Source: Aplysia californica (Eukaryota). Taken from it: a stretch of 64,000 nt of DNA. The translations under genes and the position numbers were made by a program. The stretch lies in NCBI RefSeq assembly GCF_000002075.1, contig NW_004797888.1, forward strand, positions 268,490 to 332,489. Direction: 5' to 3'. The notes beneath the pieces are model-generated. The model worked only from the letters and a program-made list of their open reading frames with translations, was not told the origin of the DNA and searched no databases. This document shows positions 36,001 to 45,979 of this stretch, in pieces (positions within the stretch are counted from its first letter, which is position 1; every line of letters begins with the position of its first letter).

Positions 36001-38861
36001 CTGCTTGAGTAGTTTTGTCTGGTTATTTATGTTGTTTTTACATTTGATACTTATTTTTTAAGTTTATCAGAAAGTATTTGTTGAGTTGGTAAAAGTAAGC
36101 AGTTGTTCAGCTGTCTAGTTAAGTACCCCTACACTCAGGTAAGTGTAGTGAGAAATATGGCTATGAAAGATAATGACTGAAGTTTTTGGAACAATAGGTG
36201 CAATCATTAACTCTTACAAACTTTCTTAGGTTGTGGCTTGTAGGTGGTCGGCTTCCCACTGTTTTTTTTTTTTTCTTCTTCTTTCAACAAAATGTGTGCA
36301 CTGTTGTGGGAGCTCTGTAGAGCCGTTTGTTTTCTATGCGATTGTGCTGACACATTATTGCCTCTCAGGTGCACATCCCTGCGCAACATCCGGGACAATG
36401 AGGAGAAGGATTCTGCCTTTCGTGGTGTGTGCCTCATGATTGGTGTGAATCCTTCTGGAGTGGTCCAGGACTTCATCTTCTTCTGTGATGCAGTAGCCTC
36501 ATGGATGCACCCAAAACCAGATCTCAAAGAAATGTTCTACAAGGTTGGTCTCACTGCCTCCTCCCTCTTCTGCCCCTTTTCTCTTGAGAGACATTTGCTT
36601 AGTGTGCAGGGTGGGTGTCCCCCCATTCTGTTGCTGTTCTCTTGTGACACACTAGCAATGCCAATCGCCCGCTGCGCCTTGGGCCTGAAATCGGCCTCCG
36701 CGCGAGGGGTATTTTTTGGGCCGCTCGGATTCAGAAGTGACTCTCTGCTAAGTATAGGTACGGGAAAACTCCTGGACGAAAATAAATGAAACTCGGCAAC
36801 CAACCAGAGGAAAGGTTAAACTAACGACAAGCCAGCGTACAATCCCGAACGATTACTAGAACCGGAGATATTGCCGTGTTTGTACGAATTTCCTCTGCGC
36901 TTCGAAAACTAAGCGGAGCTGCGGGTTGATCGCCGACCACACAAGCGCCCCACATGTCTTCTTTATTGCTGTAAAATTTCAGATCACTGCGTTTAGTAGA
37001 TTTTCCGTACCAACTTAAAATTACCACCCATCCATTGATAAAACATTTGATCGCGCATCCCAAATGCGAGGTGCCGGCATGCAAGAGGCGTGTGATCGCT
37101 AGGCGGCATGTGATTGGCTGCCTATAACCAAATGGGTTACCGATGACTACATCGTGGGTTTTCCTGATAGCGCTTTACTGAGTTTTAAAAGGGGTCATCG
37201 CGTCGCGGTAAAAACGATGTCACGCAATTCAACAAATTTCACGAAAATATTAGTCTTTAAGATCCAAAGTAATGAAGACATCGAAAAAGTGATAGCAGAA
37301 CTAGATTCGGCACTAAACATCACATGGAGATGCCAAGTTTCATTCATATGCTCCAATTCATTACTGACTTATGAACAGTTTTTCCTCAAAATACATCAAA
37401 ACATGTCCCACATTTTAGCGATTTTTTCCTATATGAAGGTCCTCCAATCCCAATAACTTTTTTATTTATCAATGGATTTTAAAAATTTTAAAACCATAGT
37501 TCTTAGAATTTACTCTATTTTCATTTAAGCCAATTTTTAAGCAATTTGGGTGAAAATTTAATTTTTCATTGTCATTGCTAGACACACACAAACATATGCT
37601 TGTGGGTGGTTGACGGGAGCTGTGGTGTGGTTTGCTTCTTCTTTCCTTTCAAACATCTATCGTCCTTATCTCTCCTCCTTTTTTGTTTGTTACTCTCTTG
37701 TAACGCCTCTAATCTTGGTCACTTATATGACCTTATTGTGTTGCAACTATATGTGTCACGACCTGGTGGAATCGGGTGCTTGTCAAAATGAAATTAAAGA
37801 ACTTTTTTCCTGACCTTGGGGCAGTTTTTATACATTGGCGGGCTGAACACCATTTGTCCGTAACACATTACAAAAATATTTCTGTGACTTTGTAAAGAGG
37901 TGTTTTGTAGGTGTGTGCATTTTGTGTAAAGTTCTCAACAAATTGATGTACAACACTTTAATAAATATGCAATTTTTTAAGAGTAATGGTCATTTGTGTT
38001 GTAAAGTTGCATTTTGGTGTCACAAAAACTCAGTGTAAAAATGGCCTGAAGATGGCTGGATTTTAGGTATGAAAAATCACCATAACTTTTTAACTAATAA
38101 AGATATCAACACAATTTAAACTGTTTTATGATTATGAAGGCAGAGGCTTTCAATTGAAAGTATTTCAAAGCATATTTAATTTGAAATTTTCTCTACTAAA
38201 CTGCCTACTTTGAACAAGTTCCTAATTTTTCCGGTTGTAACTTCACATAGCTCTTTTTTGCCATTTGCAAGGGAAATTAAACAAAAAGCATGTTAATCGC
38301 CTTTATCGTATGTATTCATCATTATACATCCTTTCGGTGACAGTGCAGAGCTGTATTGTAAGACCAAGACAATCACTTTACAAACGGCCGCTTCTTATGT
38401 GTGGTTGTTTTTTTTAAGCATTGACGCAAAACAACTATTTTTGCCTTGATAATGGCTGGCTGTCATGGACAATTTAGATTGTACACTAGTGTTGCCGCTT
38501 TAGGGTTAGATACAATCCAATATGTTCAGTCTAGGTGAAATTTGCAGTATTTTGTGGGGGTCCATGAATTGGGTAGTGGCTGGTGAGGGTGATGTCACAA
38601 TGCCTTTTTGTCTTGCAGTGTCTGGAAATGGCGCATATGATCAATGAACAGTTGCGTAAGTAAGTCGAAGGAATCTGACTTGCTTGTAATTTTGTTCTCA
38701 TTTATTCAATTTCATTCTGTGACACTCTCTTGCACTTTCTTTTTGCTCTGCAGATCCTGCATGGCTTCAAGACCCAAGTTGGGGAGGAGAATTGGTCCAA
38801 GTTTTCAGACCAGTTCCCACAGCCCCTGAGAGAACGTCTGTCTGCCAACTATGGCGTGTGA
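8912..38861 (+). CDS. TNPO1: Transportin (karyopherin beta-2; TNPO1/TNPO2 ortholog), 21 coding exons, 2664 nt / 887 aa using one copy of each duplicated exon
   Basis: Spliced translation runs [26 protein letters not shown]...[12 protein letters not shown] (acidic H8 loop)...[19 protein letters not shown]...[11 protein letters not shown]...[10 protein letters not shown]. All introns are GT-AG, phases are consistent and the summed length is a multiple of 3. Confidence 0.97.
9543..10109. mobile_element. non-autonomous Mutator-like DNA transposon
   Basis: ~75-bp TIRs (GGTAGCGTCAATTGCCAC.../...GTGACAATTGACACTACC) and a 9-bp TSD ttttagttt. Confidence 0.85.
10493..11557. mobile_element. nested hAT-like element with 6-bp TSD
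   Basis: TIR CATAGCTGCC(G/A)CT and TSD attgct; the empty site is visible in the second copy of the host element. Confidence 0.85.
10932..11190. mobile_element. MITE-like inverted-repeat element inside the nested element
   Basis: ~30-bp inverted repeat GGCACTCCTGTACAATT..GCGGTCCCGTTTG; TSD unclear. Confidence 0.6.
13404..13939 (-). mobile_element. full-length copy of the same SINE
   Basis: High similarity to 61752-62280; 12-bp TSD cctctttgtttt. Confidence 0.88.
14715..14790 (+). CDS. TNPO1: transportin exon 2
   Basis: tgcag|[25 protein letters not shown]|gtaaga. Confidence 0.95.
15300..15556 (+). CDS. TNPO1: transportin exon 3
   Basis: tgtag|[15 protein letters not shown]...DYNVCE|gtaaga. 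Confidence 0.95.
16061..16194 (+). CDS. TNPO1: transportin exon 4
   Basis: tttag|[12 protein letters not shown]...HQSPKIR|gtatgt. Confidence 0.95.
16311..16487 (+). mobile_element. family B retroposon
   Basis: TSD cttgca(c/t)tacca. Confidence 0.82.
16960..17253. mobile_element. TTAA-flanked MITE
   Basis: ttaa|CTCATTCAGTGCT ... AGCACTGAACAAG|ttaa. Confidence 0.55.
17470..17551 (+). CDS. TNPO1: transportin exon 5
   Basis: acag|[27 protein letters not shown]|gtatgt. Confidence 0.95.
18412..18534 (+). CDS. TNPO1: transportin exon 6
   Basis: ttcag|[21 protein letters not shown]...QIIQ|gtaggg. Confidence 0.95.
18909..19088 (+). CDS. TNPO1: transportin exon 7
   Basis: ttcag|YMMERTQD...[14 protein letters not shown]...DIILLK|gtgaat. 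Confidence 0.95.
19359..19845 (+). mobile_element. SINE copy with internal deletions
   Basis: Head GGGGGCTCTTGTGGCCCAGAGG, core and tail recognisable. Confidence 0.8.
19867..20257 (+). mobile_element. family C retroposon
   Basis: Colinear with 61146-61545; ends CGTAAAACTTGACTAAAACTAAAC. Confidence 0.78.
20289..20393 (+). CDS. TNPO1: transportin exon 8 (acidic loop)
   Basis: cccag|[21 protein letters not shown]...EGDE|gtaagc. Confidence 0.95.
20529..20657 (+). ncRNA. SNORA7: H/ACA snoRNA, SNORA7 (ACA7)-like, copy 1 (intron 8)
   Basis: Hairpin CCTTTCTA...TAGAAAGG, H box ACATTA, hairpin GGATA...TATCC, then ACA+3 nt. Blocks ATCGCATCTGG, TTCGGAA and CACCCATTCCA match recalled human SNORA7. Confidence 0.88.
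21025..21082 (+). CDS. TNPO1: transportin exon 9
   Basis: ccag|[19 protein letters not shown]|gtaagt. Confidence 0.93.
21321..21449 (+). ncRNA. SNORA7: SNORA7-like H/ACA snoRNA, copy 2 (intron 9)
   Basis: Near-identical to copy 1, with H and ACA boxes intact. Confidence 0.86.
21920..22245 (+). CDS. TNPO1: transportin exon 10
   Basis: cacag|[15 protein letters not shown]...LKPLMTE|gtaagg. Confidence 0.96.
22283..22411 (+). ncRNA. SNORA7: SNORA7-like H/ACA snoRNA, copy 3 (intron 10)
   Basis: Near-identical, with H and ACA boxes intact. Confidence 0.86.
22796..22945 (+). CDS. TNPO1: transportin exon 11
   Basis: tgcag|[27 protein letters not shown]...GKYQ|gtatgt. Confidence 0.96.
23656..23730 (+). 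CDS. TNPO1: transportin exon 12
   Basis: tacag|[25 protein letters not shown]|gtaagt. Confidence 0.96.
24087..24173 (+). CDS. TNPO1: transportin exon 13
   Basis: ctcag|[29 protein letters not shown]|gtaagt. Confidence 0.96.
24570..24677 (+). CDS. TNPO1: transportin exon 14
   Basis: ttcag|[24 protein letters not shown]...TQNF|gtaagt. Confidence 0.96.
24835..24963 (+). ncRNA. SNORA7: SNORA7-like H/ACA snoRNA, copy 4 (intron 14)
   Basis: Diverged copy with compensatory stem changes (TTTGT/ACAAA to TCTGT/ACAGA; CTGG to CTGA opposite TCAG). Confidence 0.88.
26405..26577 (+). mobile_element. family B retroposon (also at 28571-28742 in the duplicated segment)
   Basis: TSD tgtttctgtgtg, which is the exon-15 acceptor tract. 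Confidence 0.82.
26595..26753 (+). CDS. TNPO1: transportin exon 15, copy A (probable allelic duplicate of 28760-28918)
   Basis: acag|[31 protein letters not shown]...QCMQ|gtaaac. Confidence 0.9.
26992..27079 (+). CDS. TNPO1: transportin exon 16, copy A (probable allelic duplicate of 29136-29223)
   Basis: cccag|[29 protein letters not shown]|gtaagt. Confidence 0.9.
27213..27278 (+). ncRNA. SNORD41: C/D snoRNA SNORD41 (U41)-like (probable allelic counterpart of 29321-29386)
   Basis: C box GTGATGA, D' TTGA, C' ATGATGT, guide GTATTCGTACTG (complement of 28S CAGUACGAAUAC), D box CTGA. Confidence 0.88.
28760..28918 (+). CDS. TNPO1: transportin exon 15, copy B
   Basis: Same coding sequence as 26595-26753, with AG/GT boundaries. 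Confidence 0.9.
29136..29223 (+). CDS. TNPO1: transportin exon 16, copy B
   Basis: Same coding sequence as 26992-27079. Confidence 0.9.
29321..29386 (+). ncRNA. SNORD41: SNORD41-like C/D snoRNA, tandem copy 1 (intron 16)
   Basis: Same boxes and guide; terminal stem caga/tctg. Confidence 0.88.
29903..29968 (+). ncRNA. SNORD41: SNORD41-like C/D snoRNA, tandem copy 2
   Basis: Identical box-to-box sequence, 582 nt downstream of copy 1. Confidence 0.86.
30496..30561 (+). ncRNA. SNORD41: SNORD41-like C/D snoRNA, tandem copy 3
   Basis: Identical core, 593 nt downstream of copy 2; terminal stem gga/tcc. Confidence 0.88.
31591..31689 (+). CDS. TNPO1: transportin exon 17, copy A
   Basis: cacag|[33 protein letters not shown]|gtgagt. 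Confidence 0.9.
32071..32136 (+). ncRNA. SNORD41: SNORD41-like C/D snoRNA (probable allelic counterpart of 30496-30561)
   Basis: Identical core, inside the segment repeated after the gap. Confidence 0.85.
33208..33306 (+). CDS. TNPO1: transportin exon 17, copy B
   Basis: As 31591-31689, with one synonymous CTG/CTT difference. Confidence 0.9.
34218..34313 (+). CDS. TNPO1: transportin exon 18
   Basis: tgcag|[32 protein letters not shown]|gtgggt. Confidence 0.95.
35715..35790 (+). CDS. TNPO1: transportin exon 19
   Basis: catag|[26 protein letters not shown]|gtaatt. Confidence 0.94.
36369..36543 (+). CDS. TNPO1: transportin exon 20
   Basis: ctcag|[19 protein letters not shown]...[12 protein letters not shown]...MFYK|gttggt. 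Confidence 0.96.
36653..37580. mobile_element. non-autonomous hAT-like element (928 bp), 7-bp TSD
   Basis: TIR TAGCAATG.CAAT; TSD gacacac. Confidence 0.87.
37602..37750 (+). mobile_element. family B retroposon, 3'-truncated
   Basis: Sequence similarity to the other copies. Confidence 0.75.
38754..38861 (+). CDS. TNPO1: transportin last coding exon 21
   Basis: tgcag|[38 protein letters not shown]. Confidence 0.96.
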   Translation: MLHGFKTQVGEENWSKFSDQFPQPLRERLSANYGV

Positions 38862-39191
38862 TCCATGTTGGCGTCATGTAAGTGATAATTAGGGGTCCAT
38901 TGCTGCTCACAGCAAGACCTGTCCTCTCTAGACTGATTAGTGCTGGAACTTGTTCCCACAGGGGAAAGTGATGCCTTTAGAGTGTGTACCGGTACCTTAA
39001 CGACTAGCACTTTACTTAAGCTAGTGTGTGAGTGTACCTAAACAGCTATTGCTGTTCACCTCACAATGAGGTAACGCCACAGAAATTCTGGGTCAAAGGA
39101 TTGAAATAGGTCAAATAGGTTCTGTGAGGATTATGAACATTGTGCTTCTTGGCCTACGTATGTCATGTGGAACCTTTCTCATGCTGGGTTA

Positions 39192-39370
39192 GTGGGTGGT
39201 TGGCGGGTGCTCTGGTGTGGTCTGCTTCTTCTTTCCTATCAAACATCTATCGTACTTATCTCCCCTTCTTCTTTTTTATGTTTGTTACTCTCTTGTAACA
39301 CCTCTAAACTTCTGGTGCTCATATGACCATATGCAGTTGCGAGGGCCGTAAAACCTCTACTAAAACAAAC
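39192..39370 (+). mobile_element. family B retroposon
   Basis: 12-bp TSD tcatgctgggtt. Confidence 0.85.
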
Positions 39371-39552
39371 ATCATGCTGGGTTTGTAGATGTAGATGCCC
39401 TTCAGAACCATAGAAACATAAAAGTGCCCCTTGGTGTCAGTTGCAGCTAATAGCTCCAGGATTTTGGCTTTCCTAGGTAACGATCGTGAAAATAAATTTC
39501 AGCAGCAATGCTTAAATAATGTATATATTATCTATTGTGCAATGATATATGC

Positions 39553-39720
39553 TGGTAGATGGTTTGGGGGGTGCTCTGGTGTGGTTTGCTTTTTCTATAC
39601 TATCAAACGTCCGACGTCCTTGTTTCCACTCCTTACTTTAAAAACAAATTTTTTACTCTCTTCTAACCTCAATGTTCAGTACTTGTATGACCTTCGTTGC
39701 AAGTGCCGTGACTTAAAAAT
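39553..39720 (+). mobile_element. family B retroposon, old copy
   Basis: Diverged similarity. Confidence 0.65.
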
Positions 39721-39897
39721 TAATAATTTTGTGTGACTTGTGTGTTGCAGTCAGTGGTTGATACTGGTGTGAGATTTTTTGTTTTTGTTTGTCGATGGTA
39801 TAATAACAATATGTTTTTGTTTGTGATGTATTGATGGATGTAGACCCGTATTTGGTTGTCTGAGATGCTGACCTTTGTGTTTTGTTTGTTTCCTCAG

Positions 39898-42800
39898 GTG
39901 GACGTTTGGGGTTCCAGGGACTTGTGGTGCCCGGAGTCTGTGCTGTGGGTATCAGGACCCCTGTGACGGGCGGGCGGGCAGGGGCGGGACCGGGTGGGCC
40001 TAGGGCTCTGGGAGGGGGAGGGCTCTCCGCGAGCGCACACTACGATGAGCTACAGGAGGGGGGAGGGAAGGACGAGCATCCTCACTCATCTCACTCATTC
40101 TCTGCTGTCTCTTCAGATCACTACTGACACATGAGACTTTTCCCCCCACCTTAGGAAGCTTAGCTTTAGCCATTAACCGTTTTCTCCTTCAGCGACTAAA
40201 CAAAGCTATCTGTGCTAGTGTGGTGGGACACGCGGCTAGTTCCTCACACAGGCATTGGCATACCTACCAGTCAGGACCCTGTGATCGGAAAGCAAATAGA
40301 TTTTGTGAATTATTTTACCTACGAAGTAAGAAATTAAATGTGTGGAGCTAGTCACAGACACACACAAGGGTTAGCGCCATGAGGCGCATTGTGCTTCTGT
40401 CTTCTCTCTATGTTGGTAACATTGAACAATGCTAGGAAGGAAAGGCATTCAGTGTCAAGTTTTTGTGGCAGTTGTACTTTTTCCCATTGTCACTACTAAT
40501 GCTGCACTGCATAAGTGTCTGTACTATTTTTTTGACTCTACGGAATTCCTTGCATGATCTCAGTGTTTTGTGATAATTTTGACAGCCTGTTTGGCTTTGT
40601 TGGGAGTACAGGCTACAACTGCTTTGTGCGTCACTCACACTGGTCACAACAGCAAGGCTAGGCTGAGGTCAGGGGGTTGTATTGATACAAGTGAAGGCAG
40701 GGGCAGGGAGTGCTCCCCATGTCAAGGGTCTAACAGTCAAGCTGGTGATGTGGTCTTGTCTGCGTCTTTTTCGGGAAGCAGCGGGTTTTAAGTATTGGGG
40801 ATAGAAGAGACAATAACTGAAGAAGTTAATAATGTGTTTGCCATGATGTGGTAAGAGCCTAGTCTCGTTGTTGTCAGTGTCAAGTGTGGCGCTGCCACTA
40901 GCACCAATCTCAGTTTTTGAGCTGGCCCCGTCTTTCACAGAGGGAAGGCGGCCTGTTTCTCCTGTTTGTCTGGGCACTGTGTTCTCTCTATAGTCATGTT
41001 AGGTACTCTCGTCTCATCATCAGTGTCACAGCTGATTTTGTGCATTCGTCAAGCCTCCCATGTACACGTCTCCTCCGTCATATTTTATGCCTCAGTCAGG
41101 CTACCGTAACCTGCGGCACCATGAGAAGGTAGCCACCGAGTGCGGCTGGCGCTGTCACGCCTGTCCTTAGCTGTGGTGGTGGGTCTGGACAGTAGACAGC
41201 TGGCCTCTGTGTGTGCACCTTCTGGCGGTGTCCTATGGGGCAGTTTATTTTATGGTCTCAGCGAAAGATCTAAGCTGACTGTCTTCTAACGCTGTATGCT
41301 TGTCCCAATGATGCCGTGGCCACTGCTGCCCTCAGGGGACTGAAGAGGCTGGCCCAAGCTCTTGTGGACATGCTGTGTGTGTGTGCCTGGACCCGACTAA
41401 GAGCAGCGCTGAGGCTGCAAGCCAACTGTGATACGCACGCACACACACTTTATGGCAGATGGCAGCTGGTGATAGCCACTCGTGCTTGCTCTGGCTCTGA
41501 ATACTTTATCTCAAATTCTAAATTATAATTATATAGTATATATGGTTGGTTCAGATGTACTGTGCTGTACTCGTAGATGAAATTTCATGCACAGTTTTAT
41601 CTTCTTGGGGGAGGGGGGGTGGTTCAATCTCATTTGTGTTGGTTTCATTGGGGAGGGGGGAAGGAAAGGAAAAGTGCAGCAGAGTTGTCACGAATGTCTA
41701 TCATCATCTGCCACTCTCATGGACTACTTGATGCCCTGATAAGTTGATCCTCCAGTTAAATCATTTTTCGAAGAACCGCATTTGATTTCGATTGAAAAGG
41801 TTTTGCATGTTTTTGTTGGTTTTTTGTTTTAAAATTCCTGCTAATTCTGCTGAGCAGGGGGAAGGGTGAGGCTTGCACGGGGTTTCAAGAGAGAATTAAG
41901 ACTCTTGACAATAGCAATTGCTTTTAACTAAAGTCTTGTTATTATTTTGGAAACGGCTTGGGCTTTGTTAGACATGTCCATATTAGGGTTTGGTGCTCAC
42001 AGCTTCGTATGATAATGGTTATGCTTTGCTCTGAATATTTTCACTCGGGTACTTTGGAACAGATTTTTACTTTGTACACCAGCTAGGTCCTGGCAGATTT
42101 TTATATTTATTCCAATAGGTGAGGGGTGGTTGTACTGTTATGGGTTGGTAACGTCTTGCAATAGATGAACGAGGCAATTATTGTTCTTTGCCAGCAGTAG
42201 CGTAAGTGGCTTCTCCATTTCCATGACAGTTCTGTTGTTTCTCACTGTGAGCATGGATAAAAGTATCATATTACTGTAGAGTCTTGAGGGGAAAATGGTC
42301 AAGCTCCTGGTGATTTTTCCTAGTGCATAACGTGTGTACTTTTTGCTGTGTGTGGAAACAATTGGTCATCAATTGTGGTTCTGGAGGATTGACTTGTCAG
42401 GTGCAACTGTTTGAAATGCCTGGCTGAGGATACTACTCTCTTCTGTCAGTCATTTTGTGCAGTTGTTGTGGATATTAAACAGAGTTTTTTATATTATCAG
42501 TTGTGAAAGCATGGGCTGAATATTGCCATAGCCTATGCTGGATCAACTGGCTATATTTGTATATTTATAATTTACATTTTCTTTATTCTCAATCTTTGAT
42601 CATTTCTGCGGAGGTTGTTTTTTTCCTGTTTTTGTGGGTGAAATACTGTTTGTTCTCGAGTGTTGTGCAAGTCGCTACAACTGTGTTGTGCTTCTGTGGT
42701 CGTGTGACGTGTGTTCATCTTGCCACTACATATCATCACCATCTTGTGTATTGTCTGGGCGGACTGCGGGGGGAGAGAGAGCTGGTCTCCACCTACTGGT

Positions 42801-43140
42801 GTGCCCCACTTGCAGTCTTTGTGGAGCAAGATGTGCCAGTCTCTATGGGAGGCTGGCTTGGGTGTGTTGTGGGTTGATTGTGAATTGTCTATGTACATAG
42901 CTTGTTTTGTATAGGAAGTTTTTGTGTTTGCCATCTGCCAGTGCACTGTACAGGGTTACACCCTCCATGAATGTCACAGTTTTTTTTTTGTCCTTTGAAA
43001 AGAAAACAGATATTACTAAGCCTATGTTGTGGTCAGTGTGTCCAGCTGACTGTCTTATGATTTTAGCATGTAGCTTGGAGCTGAGGTCTCCTCATGACAC
43101 AGTGTGCTGGGTGTTGCTCCTCATTCTAGTGTATAATAAA
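39898..43140 (+). other. probable non-coding terminal 3'UTR exon of transportin (UTR intron 38878-39897)
   Basis: Donor gtaagt lies 16 nt after the stop. Acceptor is a T-rich tract plus tcctcag at 39897. The 3.2 kb contains none of the local repeat families, and AATAAA is at 43135-43140. The 3' end is uncertain. Confidence 0.6.
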
Positions 43141-43620
43141 GAGCTGCATACAAAACTTTGGGTTCCTTTTGTGGTTTTTTTGTTTGTTTGTTTGTCTCTT
43201 CTGGTTTTAGTGTATGAAGTCTGGACGCAACTGATTTAATTTTAATCATTGGACCCTCTTTGGATAGGCAAACCTCTGTATATATTATAGTTATATATAT
43301 AATACATTGCACATTTTGCTTTTCTCCATTAATGGGAGGAATGGTTTGACACCAGCTGGCTATGGTGGGCTTCACTTCAATTGACATTGATTGGCTCGTG
43401 GAGGTGTAGGAAGTGTGTGGAAAGAAAATACTTTCATATTACAAAATGACAGACACCCCTTTTGTACTTTTACTTTGTGTGGACAATTATTGCACCAGTG
43501 GATAACATTTTACTCTTGCCTTATATGCTGCAAGTCATCTCTTACTTTGGCTTTGGAGTAAGTGGAACCATGCAACTTTGATGGCATGTCTTTGGAAAAG
43601 TAAATGCCACTGCAGACGCA

Positions 43621-43799
43621 TTGGGTGGTTGGCGGGTGCTCTGGTGTGGTTTGCTTCTTCTTTCCTATCGAACTCCTATTGTCGTTATCTCCCCTCCTCC
43701 TTTTTTATGTTTGTTACTCTCTTGTAATACCTAATCTTCTGGCGCTCACATGACCTCATGCAGTTGCGAGCGCCGTAAAAACCTCTATACTTAAACTTA
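43621..43799 (+). mobile_element. ~175-bp headless retroposon, family B
   Basis: TGGGTGGTTGGCGGGTGCTCTGGTGTGG...shared tail; 12-bp TSD actgcagacgca. Confidence 0.85.
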
Positions 43800-43893
43800 A
43801 CTGCAGACGCAGTCCTAGGGGAGCTTCCAAAGGCTGGAGCCTGCCTTGTGAATTTGCCTTGTATACATGAGTACCAGTACTTCAAATCAGGGA

Positions 43894-44410
43894 GGGGGCT
43901 TGCTTGCATGGCCAAGAGGTTAAGATGTTCGACTCTCATTCAAAGGTCCTGAGTTCGAATCCAAGAAGCGACAGAAAAATTTTCTTCTTTAAAATTGTCT
44001 CCTTTCACATCCTTTCCTGCTCTCTCAATGTTCTGTCTGATTTCGTCCCCTCTTTCTGCCCCCACCCCCTCTCTTCTTCTGCCCCTTTCACTGGGCTCCT
44101 GACTCTTTCTGCAGCCTTTCTACTGCTTCTCCATGACATTACTCTGCTGTCTCTCAGCCACACCCCTGATCTTCTGGTAAGAAAGATCTACACCTAGCCT
44201 TCTCGGACAACGGGGGAAAATCTCTAAGGGCCCTGTGCAAGGTGCGCACGTTAAAGATCCCTTGGTGGTCTAAAATCGATAAGAGCAGGCTTCGGCCGCC
44301 ATCCGGGCAAAATTCAAATTTCCTACAAACTGAAAAAGTTTAATGTGTCCTACCTGCTCATATGACCTTATGCAGTTGCAAGCGCGGTAAAACACACCAA
44401 AAAACCCCCA
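43894..44410 (+). mobile_element. SINE copy
   Basis: Head with B box GAGTTCGAATCC, core GCACGTTAAAGATCCC, and tail. Confidence 0.82.
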
Positions 44411-44689
44411 ACCAAATTGGGGAAAACCTCAGTGTAGTGCTGTCTAATAATAGATAGCATTTGTATAGCGCATATCCCCGCTCAGCAGCAGGCTCTATGC
44501 GCTTTACACTATATTATTAGTACTAGTAGTGTCCAATTTCTCTGCATAATGTAAAGAAAATGTTCTAGATCACCAGTACCGGTATGCAAAAGAACATGTA
44601 CACATACACATGGTTAGTACACCGCCATACCACTTTACAGGGGCTCCTAGGTACAGTGCCTCCTAGGTACAGTGCCTCTCATTCAATAA

Positions 44690-45300
44690 AATGTCCTGGA
44701 TTCGAAACCTGACACTGACACTGACAGCAGCAACGGAGCATTTTTTCTCTTTAAAATTTGTCTCCCTTCACTTGCTTTCCTGCTCTCTAACTCGGTGAGT
44801 ACATGTAGGCCTACAATGTAACTGGTTACTTTAACTCTTACTTGAACTAACCATGCTGTCATCTGCTTTCGTCTCCAGCCACTACTACCTTCTGCCCACC
44901 CCTTTGCCTCCTCCTCTGAGCTCTTGACTCTTTCTACTATTACAGCCTTTCTACTGCTACTAATTCGTGGCTCATTACTCAACTGCTGTTTTTCAGCCGC
45001 ACCCCTGATCTAAGGATAGGTAAGACCTAACACCTAGCCTTCTCAGATAAGGGCAACAGAATCTCTTGAGGTCCTGTGTGCAAATTGCGCATGTCAATAT
45101 AAAGATCCCTTGGTCCAAAATCGAAAGAGTAAGCTTTGGCCGCCACCTGGCCAATTAAAAAAAATTAATTCTACTTCTACCAACCAAACTGAAAATGCTT
45201 AGAAAATCTAGGCTTAATGCGTCCCACGCGCTCATATATAAAATCTGTGAAATATGACCATATAATAATAATATGCAGTTGGGAGCACCGAAAAAAACCC
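44690..45300 (+). mobile_element. degenerate SINE copy
   Basis: B box remnant, core and tail with insertions. Confidence 0.7.
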
Positions 45301-45311
45301 CACTTCGCTGT

Positions 45312-45490
45312 GTGGGTGGTTGGCGGGTGCTCTGGTGTGGTTTGCTCCTTCCCTATAAAAAAAATCTATCGTCTCTATAGTCTTATCTCCCCTCCTTTTT
45401 TGTGTTTGTTACTCTCTTGTAACACCTCAAATCTTCGGCGCTTATATGAACTTTTTGTGTTGCAAGTGCCATAAAACTTACTAAAACTAA
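45312..45490 (+). mobile_element. family B retroposon
   Basis: TSD actt(c/t)gctgtgtg. Confidence 0.82.
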
Positions 45491-45767
45491 ACTTTGCTGT
45501 GTGTACATGCTTTGTCATGTAATACTTAGTGAAGTTAGTGGGTCAACCTTGGTGGAGGAAGATCTACTGAACCCCACAAGTTTCATACGGTACTGTATTT
45601 TATATTGTGCATTCACTGAACCCATCGAGTTTTTGAGTAGGGTGAACAGAACAGATAAGAATTAATGTGTATGCCTTGACTGGCTGGAGACTCAGTATTG
45701 ACTGAACCCAGGTTATGATTAATACTAAAACACATGATGTAATACTACTCTTTGTACTGGTCTAGTA

Positions 45768-45979
45768 CAGTGCAGCCTCTCTATACTATAACTATAACGA
45801 CCTTTGAAATAACAACATCCTCTGTATAGTATAGCGACATGGTGCCCAGGTCCCGATTTTTTCCTTATATTTAGTAGTTTTTGGTTGCCTTTCTATAACG
45901 ACAACTCTCTATTTATATATATAACTTATAAAATACGACATTTTTTCTGGTCCCACTGATGTCGTTATAGGCTGCACTG
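45768..45979. mobile_element. Tc1/pogo-like MITE
   Basis: ta|CAGTGCAGCCT ... AGGCTGCACTG|ta. Confidence 0.75.

Noticed and set aside
38990-39047. GGTAC...GTACC hairpin followed by ACA, with TACCTTAA complementary to 28S
   Set aside because: No upstream H box or first hairpin, and only 4 bp on the other side of the pocket
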